A DNA stretch of 63,993 nt, the filler included, from Basidiobolus ranarum (Eukaryota), in the NCBI GenBank assembly GCA_040143965.1. It is 3 parts of 3 records of this genome, joined end to end, with 100 filler letters (N's around TTAATTAATTAA, not from the genome) between each part and the next. Parts side by side here need not be neighbours in the genome. Positions count along the whole stretch, not along the records: positions 1 to 21,695 come from JASJQH010000198.1; positions 21,796 to 43,452 come from JASJQH010000199.1; 1 more part is not named here. The stretch is one strand, 5' to 3'. Made by a program: the position numbers and the translations under genes. The notes under the pieces were generated by a model. It saw only the letters and a program-made list of their open reading frames with translations, was not told the DNA's origin and ran no database searches. Of the stretch, positions 12,113 to 23,989 are shown in pieces. How positions within the stretch are numbered: the stretch's first letter is position 1; every line of letters begins with the position of its first letter.

Positions 12113-13166
12113 CTAGTATTGGGCACCCTGGTTGGAGTTGTCATAGCCGGAAGGTTGGCTGAACTCACCACTGTAAGGTTGTTGCTGACCATATGATTGC
12201 CCATAACCACCAGGTCCATGGCTAAAAGATTGATTGGCATAGCCGTATCCAGCTCCAGCGAAACCAGCTTGATTGCCAAACGCTTGCTGTCCACCGTATG
12301 ATTGTGGGTATTGGCCGTAGCCACCACCTTGACCTCCATATCCAGATGGTTGGTATTGGCCGTAGCCACCTGGTGCCATTTGACCGTATGCAGCTAAGGA
12401 TTGGGGTTCGTAAAATTAGAATAACGACGATAGAGTAAGCTATCTCCAATACATACCGTGTGAACCGTAACCACCGCCGAATTTATTGTAACTACCTCAG
12501 AAATTAGACGTTAGAATCCTTCGCTTCTAAAATTCTTCAGAAAAAGAACTACAAACCCTCCACCATAACCACCTCTAGAAAAGTTTGGAGCACCTCTGAC
12601 GGCAGCGCCATTGGGTCCCGAAACGTTGGCTGCTTGCATACCTTTAGGCCCTTGCACTAGGTCATACTCCACTTCCTCTCCCTACATCATGAAAGATTTG
12701 TAACGCTACTTTTAGGGCGGTATGTGATATGTGAATCTACCTCAGAAAGACTTTTAAAGCCACCATCGTTGTGGATAGCACTATGATGTACGAATACTAT
12801 AGAAAGAAAAATATGAGAAAAATCCAAGTGACAAAAGGGTGTTGAGGTAGATAGTAGTCTGAGGTTAAATGTAACTTGAATTACGAAAGGTAAACATTTC
12901 ACGAGAGCAACACGACCTCCGTGTGACTCTAAACTATTCCATCAAATACGTATTCGACTCTCTAATTCTAAGGGTATTTACACTCTGTTTTGAGAGGCTT
13001 CATCACCAACTCCCAAAACCAAAGTGGGGAGCTTCATTTGAGGAATAAGTGAATGTCACGTACTTTCCGTATTTCCAGTTTCAGCGGCATCATCAGGGAT
13101 GATGAAACCATAACCCTTCTGGCAGTTGAAGAACTTGACGCGACCAGTTTTACGATCGGAAGACAT
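12113..13166 (-). CDS. Cold-shock-domain nucleic-acid-binding protein with Gly/Tyr/Gln-rich tail
   Basis: Exons give RKTGRVKFFNCQKGYGFI (RNP1), FVHHSAI (RNP2), GGFKSLSE, GEEVEYDLVQGPKGMQAANVSGPNG, then GGYGQY repeats. Confidence 0.92.
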
Positions 13167-16100
13167 TTTCTATATATTTGATACCCAGGGTTGAAAGTTC
13201 ACGGAAAATCACAAAATTCAACAGAAAGATATGATAACGATACACAGCACGAAAGAAAAATTGATATCAAGTTAATACACAAAACAGTACCAAAGTAACC
13301 ATAAAGACATAAAATATACTGACAAGAAATTTATAAAGTCACCAAAATGGAACTAAGTAAAACACAAAAAACAAAATAGAAATACGGAACGAGAGGAAGC
13401 AATATGCACTTGACAATAAGTCAAAAAAGGAGAAATTCCAACCCTTGTTATGATGTTCTCGCTAGTTCGTCACGAAAAAAAGCACCAGAACTCAAGATCA
13501 GCTAAATCATTATATCATGTGAGACTTAATAGATAATGCAAACATGACGATTAGTGGGTGTTGGTGATCCCCTTGAAATTCAAGTTGGTCCCGAATCTTA
13601 CTCACTCAATGAGCGTCAAACATTCCTCAGGTGCCGAGCCTTGGCCCAATCATTTCTACTCACTTTCAAGAGGATTGAGACTTGTGTTGCAGAGCACCGC
13701 GCCATTGGACCATAAATGGCGGCTTTCCACAACTCCGGATGATAATGCAAGTGAGCCACACTGCGTTGCTGTGAATATCGCTGTTGCCAGCATTGCGATA
13801 TTTTAAGGGCATCGTGTGGATCAGTTGACATCGGTGATGATGCCTTGTGACGAGCGTTAATGGAAATAGAATCCATAATAGAAATAGAATTCCAAGCTAC
13901 TTCAGTGGATGCTTGAGATGTGGCACATAATCGAAACTCTTTCTACAAATCAGCTGCCACGTACGCGGCAATCAGACTACTGATCATCCAGCTGGAATTG
14001 TGTCATATACAGACTTTAACACTCCATATATTTGCCTAATTGGGAATGGCAAATGAAACTACAGGGCAACGAGATCATCAGTGAGGCCTATGCAGTCCGT
14101 AGGCGATGTGTAGGCATTTCCTAGACTAATGGGTGGATACTCCCGAACACTGATCCCAGGGCCAATTTGGATGGCACAGCCGGCATATCTTAATTTGAAT
14201 AAATTTTCCGATGCCGCCAAAAATCAGATTGTTGGGACAAAGCATCGCTTAACAAGAACAAAGCGACCAGAATGAATCTCTCGCACCGTGATTGACTTGG
14301 GTATTATCTTAGGCTCGAGTCAGATCTTAATGGTGGGTGCTCACGTGCCTGTCGAGAACTGGATGGATCCATGGAGGGTTCAGTTGGGAGCCAGGTTAAC
14401 TTTAAGCTTCCGTGCAATACGGGGGAATCAATAAACATGATATGTCGAGTTCAATGTGCCACACGAATCCTACAGTTTTGATCTGTACTTCCAAGGGCTG
14501 AGTAAAGCTTGAGCAGCATAAGGACACCGATTAAAAGCATGGTGCTATACGTTTTGGTCAGAGGGTTCTTCCAGGCCCTGAGCTTCTGAGGTGAAACATC
14601 CAATTAGAGTAAAGGATCCAGGTGGCCCACATACTCAAAGTTTATTTCATTGCAAGTGAGCACAAGCATATTCCACCTAGATTTTTAGTATCGGTAATAC
14701 GATCGTTTAGTTCAAGGATCTTGATGGGGTGTATTTGAAGGGCATCAAGTTAGAGTAATGTCCCTGATCTTATGAGAGGTAAGGGTTCATCCATGTTGCG
14801 CTGGCTCTCCAAGGGTAGTTGATTGGGTTCCGATATGTATGTTTCGTCAAGCGTACACACCGCCTTCCACCAAGATTTTATCCAGATAGTCAGGGTGACT
14901 GTAATCGAATGATTTGATGTAGAACAAGGATGAATGGCTTCAAGATTCTTGCAGCTGCATTGTTGCCATAATGGGTGATCTTCAACATAGCCACAGATAA
15001 TATATAGGGGTGTAAGAGCCATAACAAACTGGTATGAGTCTTAAAGAGTTACTCTGGTAAAGTGGAATCAATAATTTTACGCAAATTTCACGGGGGAAGC
15101 TATCCATCGTGGTTTGGCATTCCTTTACTAAGAATACAAATCCTGGACAGCAACATGGCTTGGATTTGTAGCTGAAGTGAGGTCAAGAGTGGACTTAGGG
15201 CTAAGCCGAGTTCATTTCAACCGAGTTATCGAATTTGATTCTGTGATCAAATATCTATTGTGTAACACTTCAAGTGTTCCAACTGATTACGTTCGTAGAT
15301 TATCTAAACAGCATAACTGCGTTCTAGGCGATGCAGTAATAAGCAGTGGTCTACCATTTCAGAGCCTAGCCAAGATGATTAGCTATGGTGCTTGTGGTGT
15401 AAAAATCAGGGTATGTTGCAGTTCTAATACAGTGGATGGTAGTAAGGGGCAAGTTGCAGTAGTAGGAAATACGTTCAAGATGATAGGCGTGTGCATCAGA
15501 GACAGATTTATGACCTCAATTACTCAAAACGCATGACCATCTCTTTTGGTAGTAAAATCCGATATTTGGCTTAGTTGCCAACAAATCCTCAAAATCTCCT
15601 AATCCATCACAATAATATACTATCAAAGATTTTAATTAATACTGCTTTTCATTTTTGTCTTTGCGTCACGCATGTCTAACCATAACCCAATCCTTGTCTA
15701 GTAATGAATTCCTTTGATCACTCTGTAAATCAACACTGATTGTCTGTGACAACCATCGCGATCTCGAGCTAGTTGGTCTAACTGAGGATTACTAACGTTG
15801 GGAGAGAATACTAGAATTTTATTTGATTGTACAGTACAGAATTTCCTAAAGCCTGGAGGATATGAAATATTCATTGAGAACATACGATTCAGTAACCAAG
15901 CGCCATCCTATTCTTCACTACACCTGTAGTTTACCGAGAAAGAATGTAAAGTCAATGCTGTTGACTTACAGTAGGTATTTCCTTGACTGGTTACCATTAT
16001 TGACTTTACACTGGCTAGAGAGGAGCCGGTATGATGTAAACACAATGTAAGATATAGCGATTTCTAGACCGTTTGCCGCACACTAGGGTATAATCCTAAT

Positions 16101-16732
16101 TTTCTACTTCTTTCGAGGATTGATAGAGATCAGGAAACAGTGTACCGTTAGAATGTGAATCAAGCTAGATCCAGCCTTTCATTAAATCAGGCGAGCTCGT
16201 TAATGTAGATGATTTTAATATCCAAACAGTTATAAATAGGCTTCACCGACGTTGGTTTTCAGTGATCGGTGGCGAGCCTTATTTCGTTTTGCGTCGAATG
16301 GTAGTGCTATTTTTAAGCCTAAAGCTCAACCAAAAGATTGTCTATTAAAAGATAGCTAATGACATCAAAGGCGTGATTACACTGCAAGATATACTTGCAG
16401 CCAAGGAGTTGGAGAATGTAAGAGATAATCAATACTGTGCTTAAATTTATATGCTCACAGGAATAAATGTGACTATTTTCTTAAAGCAAGTCACTTCAAT
16501 TGGCTGGTAGTTATTCATTGGATAGAGAATTTCCAACCATTCATAAAACACATTATGAGTACACATTGAAACCCCTTACTTTTTATTTGTATTCTTTTAT
16601 GTCGTTGTGTTATTCTACTACTTTTTAAACTATATTCAATCGTTTATGAGTTTGGACGTGTCGTAACGAATTACTTTCGTTAACAGCCTCACTTTGTAAT
16701 AGTTTTCAGATAAATATATTTCATACTATTAA

Positions 16733-19700
16733 ATGTCAACTAGTGACAAACGACTCAACTCCAAGGGTGAGGTAGAAGAAGGCCCAATCCCCTTCTTTGG
16801 AAATGCAAGTGGTGATGCTGACTTATTTGGCTCTTTAATACGCAACCAAGCATCCTCTCGACCTGATGACTGGCAAGTTCACTCATCCAATGATAGAAAA
16901 TGCATTGCACCTCATGATTATTCCATCGTTGCAAATGCCCAACTGTCTCCTGTTAAGTCTTTTTCTTCGCATCATCCTACTACAGGGTATTCTAAAACTA
17001 CCGAGCTTTCCACAACCCTGAGCTCTAGAAGTGTTGGCTCTTATCTTAATGACCCAGCCTATAGCCACCAAAACCAGAGAAATCAAGTGCCAACACAATT
17101 GTCCAATACTCAGCATTCTACTTCTAAAATTTCTGAACAGTACTCTCAGGCTGGCTATCAGCAACGTACAGAGCATCCTGCCATCAATAATACCTATCCA
17201 CAACAGCCTGAATATCCAAATGATTACGACATTTACCAACAATCTGCTGAAAAAGCAAATAGGTCACACAATAGTTACCACAAGCAACTTTACCCGCAGG
17301 AGAACATAGAGCAAGATATGTCTGTTGTAAGTTACTATAATGATGGTAATAATTCACAGAATCCCAATCGTGTTGATTTCAATGTGCAATATCACCATCA
17401 AGAATTCACAGAAGAGAATAATTATGATAACACTCTGGGTTATAACTATAATTCCTTTCAGTACGACTCAGCCTCTGCAGATTATTACCAACAATATAGC
17501 CACAATCCCCAGCATGATGAAGGATATAATCAACTTGTAGAGCAGAACATGTCTTCTGCCTTCTATTCTAGCAATGCACACACTCAACCGATTCTATCTA
17601 GCGAGGGTACCTCAATCTCTCCAAGGAAAACGGAAATCAATTCTTGTAGCAACAACAAAGATCAACACACGTATAAAGATCCTGCGGCTTTCTTTGAATT
17701 GTTTCCGGTGAACCAAGGTCACACAAGTACCTGTTCGCTCAACCAGCCATACAATTCGTTACAAAATCAAACCCCGCCTGATAGTCCTGCTGTTGCGTTG
17801 ATCAGTTCAAGTGAAGAGCTCACAAGCGTTGAACTTGACACCCAAAAGTGCCAACTCAATACTCAAAACCTACACACTTTTGGTTCAAAAACCCATCTAA
17901 TGAAAACAAATGAGCATCAGGAACGACTAGGTTCTGATGATGAGATTATAATATATAAAGATCATTCAGATATGTATGAGACCGCCGAAAAGTGTGAGGT
18001 CAAGCAAAGAGTTCATGATAGCTCCAAGGAGGAAGGTAGCGAATCTCCGTTCACAAAGTCCTTTGAGAAAATTGAAAAGAAGGATCTTTTTGAGCAGACA
18101 GAGGACATCGACATCAGCGATCCATCTTTGTTCGATACTGCTGCCGGTATGTTAAGCAGTTTTGTTGGAGCTTCTCGTGTAAGTGCTAAACCGAAGTATC
18201 CTAAATCACACCATGATCAGCAGAGAATATTCGGTCTAGGCGAATCAATAACAGAAAATCAAGAAGATCTAGATGACTTAGTTTTGGGTTTAGCTCTTAA
18301 CTCTCAGGATACCGCCTCAAACGAGAAAAGAAACGCATCGGAAAATGACTCTCCATTCGGCTATGACATTATAGTTGGAGATGAAGAAATTAGTCCCAAT
18401 ATCACCTCTTTACCGTCAGATATCAGTGAATCGACTCCTGTATCAGCTGAAGGAAGCGTAATACAGCTGGCTAGCGATGACATGATGGAAGCCAGATCTG
18501 ATACTTATTCGGATTTTGAGCTTAAGCCTAAATCTCTGGAAAACTCTTCCGCAGAATTTTCGCCACTTTCTGCAGAGCACAATTTCATGACCGATATTGA
18601 GACCATCAATCATCCATCTGATATTGATAACTCGAATGCCAACGTCAATAGAAACAACTCCCAACAAAGGAACAGGGCAGTATGTACAGAAGTCGACGGC
18701 GAGGAATACCTTTATCTTCCTAAACAAAGCCTCGTCGACGATCATGACCACCTTTGTGAAAGTAGTCAGCAATGGTCGACAGAAGCTATATCCCATGATT
18801 CTCAGTTATCTTATGTTGCTTTAAAGTCTAGAATTAAAATGGAGGAAGATACCGAAAATAAAACCAACCAAGGGAATAATACTACGTCAAACCATTGTGA
18901 ACAGAACTATGGAGACTACATCGACGATGATGATGCCTATTGTGATAACTATTGTTATGAATCACAGTATAATGAGCAAAGGAAGACGGCGACGTTTGAG
19001 ATTAGTCAAACACTGGAATCGTACTCTTCAAAAATAGGTAAGGAGGTAATTGCAGGACAGGATTTTAAACACGCGACTCAAGAGTTACTTCAAAATGGTA
19101 ACGACTTCGCTACTAACAACAACTATGGTACAAGAGAGTCTAATGTATCCACCACAGCTGATCCTGGGAATAGTATTGCGAAGCCCTACACGGAACAAAT
19201 ACCTAGCTGCGGAGCTGAATATCCTCTGCATTCGTATGGAAACACTTTTGACCATTATCAAAGTGATTCAGAACGTGATAGGGGAAAAAATCAATATCAA
19301 GAAGCGCGGGAGTATCATTTTGTAGATAACTCACAACCAACCGTCCCGGACATATCAAGTGAGCTGCTAATTGAAGGAACCCAGGCTCTGGACCAAAGCC
19401 CATGGGAAGAAGTGCAGAACTATTATAGAGGAGATAGTTACACAAATACTGTAAGCTATTATCAGCAGTATAGTGAGAGTAATGCTGCCTTTTCTCAAAA
19501 CGAAATTCAAAATCCCTCTCATTCTAAAGTAAGGAGTAAGCAGGACGAGCAGATATACGACCCCAATCAAGGCTACTACGATCAACACATATATCCATAT
19601 CATGCTGCAAGTGATAGAGTCAAACTAGGTAGTGATATTCAACGCCTACCAGAACAACGCCAGGTACAAGCTGGGGCCTCTACCACCCAACACGCTTACG

Positions 19701-21635
19701 GCGGTGTTTCGGAATATCATACAAGTGGACACAACTACGAATCCAACTATCTATACTATAATCAACAAAGTCATACGCCACACGGCTTAGATATGAATTC
19801 TCAATGTCGCGATACCAGTACTACGCAACCAACTTCGGGCTATGTTCACGAGCAACCGCCAATGAGCTATTACAATATCAATGCAGGACATGATAACGCT
19901 GGAGCCAACTCATATTATAATAACAAAGATGCTTCAAGTTGTAAGGTCAACGACCCACTTGGCAGATCCAATGGGTGCCCGGTTGTTGCCTTCGGCTTTG
20001 GTGGTAAACTGGTACTTATGTTCCCACAAAAGGTTACGAGGTTTTCGACATCATCATCTACTCCTATCGCTAAGATTTATCCTGGAGAGCTAAAATTCCA
20101 CAAGTTGGGTAACATCATTCAACAGAAAAATCCCAATCGCTTCCCCGGCCCTTTGCTATTTGACAAAGAAAAAAGCTCTGTTAAATCAAGAAAGAAATCT
20201 GTCGCTCAATTTTTGGACGAGAAAATCAAGGAACTCAGTGAAAACTCATTTGGTCAAACTGAAGATGATGGTCAGGACGAAGTTGTTCTTTGGAAATTGT
20301 TGAAAACCCTATGTGATCACCAGGGTACTCTGGTAGGAAGGTAACTTCTATATTTTATAGGTAAATCGCTTCGAGATGATAAATACTCACAACCTCATTC
20401 GTTCATTTAGCTCAGAGGTCGAAAAAGAAACGTTGGGAACTATATTTCCTGTAGCGAATCGAAGACGTGACAATAACAGGTTGGGTGTCAATGACAATCG
20501 AAAACAGCATAAAGCAGCTTCTCCTGGAGCTTTAGACTCCCTACAAGATCTATTATTAAAGGGTGATCGCTCTGAAGCAACTGCATTTGCTATGGAGAAT
20601 CATCTATGGGCTCATGCGCTTATAATTGGTAGTTGCGTTGGTAAAAGTACATGGCAACAAGTCATTCAAAGATTTACCTTAGAAGAACTTACCTCCTCTA
20701 GTAACTCTGAGCGTGAATCCATGGCCATCATGTACAACTTGTTTGCCGGCCTAGGAAAGAATGCTATCAAAGATTTTATTCCTGAATCCTCTGTTGATTA
20801 TCCATCAAATTTATATACTTCAGCGATTCCAAAATCTTCACCTCAATTATCAGAGCAACTCCCCCGAAACTCCACATCCACTGCTAAGCTTTCGAAGTGG
20901 CGAGAAACTGTCGCGATGATCCTTGCCAATAGAACTGCTGGTGATAGCATGGCTTTAACCAGCCTTGGTGATCTATTACGTAGCCATGGATGGACTAATG
21001 CTGCGCATGTATGCTATCTACTCTCTCCCCAGTCGTCTATTCATTCCGGAGTAGACACTCCCTCTGTAAAAACTGTATTATTTGGTGTAGATCATATCAC
21101 CTATCCATCCAGCTTTGCCCGTGATCAGGATGCGCTTGATCGTACAGAAATATATGAGCATGCTATTTCATTACGTCCCTCAAGTCCGGTCAACGGATTG
21201 CCATTTCTTCAGTCATACAAACTACATCGCGCATGGTATCTTTCTGATCTTGGCTTCACTGATGAAGCTCTTCGATACTGTGAAGCGATTACGAATATCG
21301 TTGAAGCACATCCAAAAGGATCGCCATATTTTCATGATCTATTTTTAACGAAGCTTAAGGAACTACACGAAAGACTGACAAAAGCACTAGGTCACAAAGG
21401 TACCCCATCTAGTGCTTCGGTGCATTCCTGGCTCACAGCTATGAAAACCCCTACTCTTGGTAGCTTGATGGATGCTGTGGATAGAGGCCTTAACCGATTC
21501 ATCGTTGGAGATAGTGGTATTACGAAACCTAAATCCGAAGTTACTCAAGAAATCACAGCGGGCCCTTTCTCTATATATGACCCACCTAAAGACCAAGGTA
21601 CTCGGTTAATTGCCCAATTGCCGCTTGATATGTGA
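16733..21635 (+). CDS. SEC16: COPII coat assembly protein Sec16 (intron ~20341-20410); 3' end unreliable at contig edge
   Basis: Long disordered N-terminus, then central conserved domain motifs PVVAFGFGGKL, FPGPL, LWKLL, LLKGDRSEA, LWAHALII, WRETVAMILANR, AAHVCYLLS. Confidence 0.88.
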
Positions 21636-21695
21636 CCCCCCCCCTCCGGTAGGGGGCCTCCCTCTCAAAGGGGGGGGGGCGGTCATCACCAACAC

Positions 21696-21795
21696 NNNNN
21701 NNNNNNNNNNNNNNNNNNNNNNNNNNNNNNNNNNNNNNNTTAATTAATTAANNNNNNNNNNNNNNNNNNNNNNNNNNNNNNNNNNNNNNNNNNNN
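21696..21795. other. Artificial contig linker (44 N + TTAATTAATTAA + 44 N)
   Basis: Exactly 100 bp, core carries stop codons in all six frames, identical copy at 43453-43552. Confidence 0.97.
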
Positions 21796-22330
21796 CACCA
21801 TAAGGCTTCTTAGGAGCTGGCTTAGGCTCGGGCTTTGGTCCTCCAGATCCACCATAAGGTTTCTTAGGTACGGTTTTTGGTCCTCCAGATTCACCATAGG
21901 GCTTCTTAGGAGCTGGCTTAGGCACAGGCTTTGGTCCTTCAGATCCACCATAAGGCTTCTTATGATTCGAGTTGGACCCTTCGTGCTCTCCGTAAGGCTT
22001 CTCATGCTTTAACTTTGATTCATCATGTCCCTTATGCGGTTTCTTGTGATCTGGATTTGATCCTTCATGTCCTCCATAAGGTTTCCCATGCTTCGGTTTA
22101 TCGTGTTCTCCATGAGGCTTCTCGTGCTTTGGGTTTGATTCATCATGTCCTTCGTGTTGCTTCTTATGATCTGGCTTGGATACTTCATGTCCTCCATAAG
22201 GTTTCCCATGCTTCGAGTTTTCGTGTTCTCCGTGAGGCTTCTCATGCTTTGACTTTAACCCGTCATGTTCTCCGTGAGGTTTATCGTGCTTTGACTTTGA
22301 GTCATTATGTTCTCCGTAGTGTTTACCGGG
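21796..22330. repeat. Coding tandem repeat with 36/42/54-bp units and 120-bp and 96-bp higher-order periods
   Basis: 22021-22140 aligns with 22141-22260; GGCTTCTTAGGAGCTGGCTTAGG recurs 96 bp apart near 21804 and 21900. Confidence 0.9.
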
Positions 22331-22924
22331 TTTTGCACCTTTGCTGTGATCTTTTTTAGACTTGTCACCACCATATTTCGATTTGTTTGATTTGCCATCC
22401 TTTCCTTTATCTAGTTTGTTTGGAAGCTCTTTAGATCCTTCGTAAGGTTTTACAAGAGGTGTTTTTGACTTGTCAGATCCCTTGTAAGAGATGCCAGGAA
22501 TCTTCTTTGGAATGTATTTTTTAGAGGGCTTATCTGATATCTTCTTTGGCATACCATTCAGTCCTCCTGACCCTTTGTAAGGTTCCCCAGAATATTGTTT
22601 AGGGTCTGTTACTTTCTTTGATCCATATGATTCCTTATAAGGTTTGTCTGAATCCTTTTTCGGTTCTACCACTTTCTTGGGTCCTGGTCTGTTGCCAGGT
22701 TTTCCTAATCCTCTTAGTGGGTTTTTAGAACTTTGGTATGGCTTTACGAGTGTTTTTAATGGTTGGATTAGTTTAGGTGGACCTCCCTTGCCTGTATTCT
22801 CGTCTTTAGATGGCGTGTAGCTATCCTCATCGTCACCAAATAGAAAGTTATATATGCCAGCATTAGCTTGTGCTATTAGGGCTAAGCCCACCAAGCTTCC
22901 GGCGACGTATTTCCTGGCAACCAT
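21796..22924 (-). CDS. Secreted Lys/Pro/His/Gly-rich tandem-repeat protein, 3'-truncated at contig end
   Basis: Signal peptide MVARKYVAGSLVGLALIAQANA, uninterrupted frame, repeats starting KP(Y/H)G, no stop before the linker. Confidence 0.85.
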
Positions 22925-23989
22925 ATTAGAGTCAATAGAAGGAAGGAAGGTACATACTTAGAAGACAAGTGTCGATTATTAAATACTTCATCCGAATGTA
23001 TATTCGAACAGTAGTATGACACTTTGCCTGTTTCAAGTATCAATTCTAAATCGTAGAGACGATTAGAGTTTCCCATCAGTTTTCGACCATTAAAGAATCA
23101 ACGATTTCTTTGGATTGTTTCGATGTTTATTCTAATGGTTTATAAGGATGTTACAAACGGCATACACCATATATTCCTTACATGAAGCAGTTTCAACTGA
23201 AGATATACTGTTAATGGTTAGCCTAATATTCCTAGTTTCAAATTCCAAGTTTCGCTGATTATTGCTTTAACGAATGGTTTCTTAGGGTTAGTTCTATTTA
23301 TGAAGTATGTATGTATTTGGATCGACATCTTTAACCTAATTCAATGACTAACAGTGATTTGGTAGATAGCATGAATGCTGGATATCAGCAGTGTAGTTTG
23401 ACCATATATATCTATATTTTTTGGATGAGCTTTCTTTTGCGATAGGAATTGTGGCTGAATTCATATACGTGGTGTCATGTTTCATGTGAAAGCACAACAT
23501 AATAGAAGGATTCCATGTAAGATTTGAATCTTCTTTTAGTCAATAGAGTGGTTGCTAAAAAACTCTAAATTGTTAGCAGAAATACACCTTACTAATGAAC
23601 TGGGATCTACCCATAGTTTACCAATAGAAAATGGACGGAGCGGTGAAATCCGGTATTTTTAATATATACTATTGAGTTAATTGGCTTTGCTTTCAAAATA
23701 TCATTGTTAAATTTCCCAATTTGCACAACTAATTTTTGTCTAGGTCTTCGAACAAATAAATATACCCTTTTTTGTACGTCATCTTGCTCTACAACTCATT
23801 TAGCCACACTATTAAGTAATTACCAGTTAAATATTGTATTCTATCGGATAGCCTTCTAATCTAGATGATCGCATAGTCGGTAGCTGGTCCGGAGGTAACT
23901 GGTCCGGATATTCATGCATTTATATACTATATCTTCCATGAAATTCCTCAACTCGCCCCTCTTATCCTCTATCAATACAATTCACAGAG

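Noticed and set aside
12800..13060. Possible intronic C/D snoRNA (GTGATGA box C on minus strand)
   Set aside because: No downstream CTGA box D within the intron.
21740..21751. TTAATTAATTAA palindrome (PacI-like or piggyBac TTAA)
   Set aside because: Centre of a synthetic N-padded linker, repeated identically at 43497-43508.
21931..22359. 142-aa His/Leu-rich repetitive ORF on + strand and other alternate-frame ORFs in the repeat
   Set aside because: Shadows of the tandem repeat in the signal-peptide-bearing minus-strand gene.
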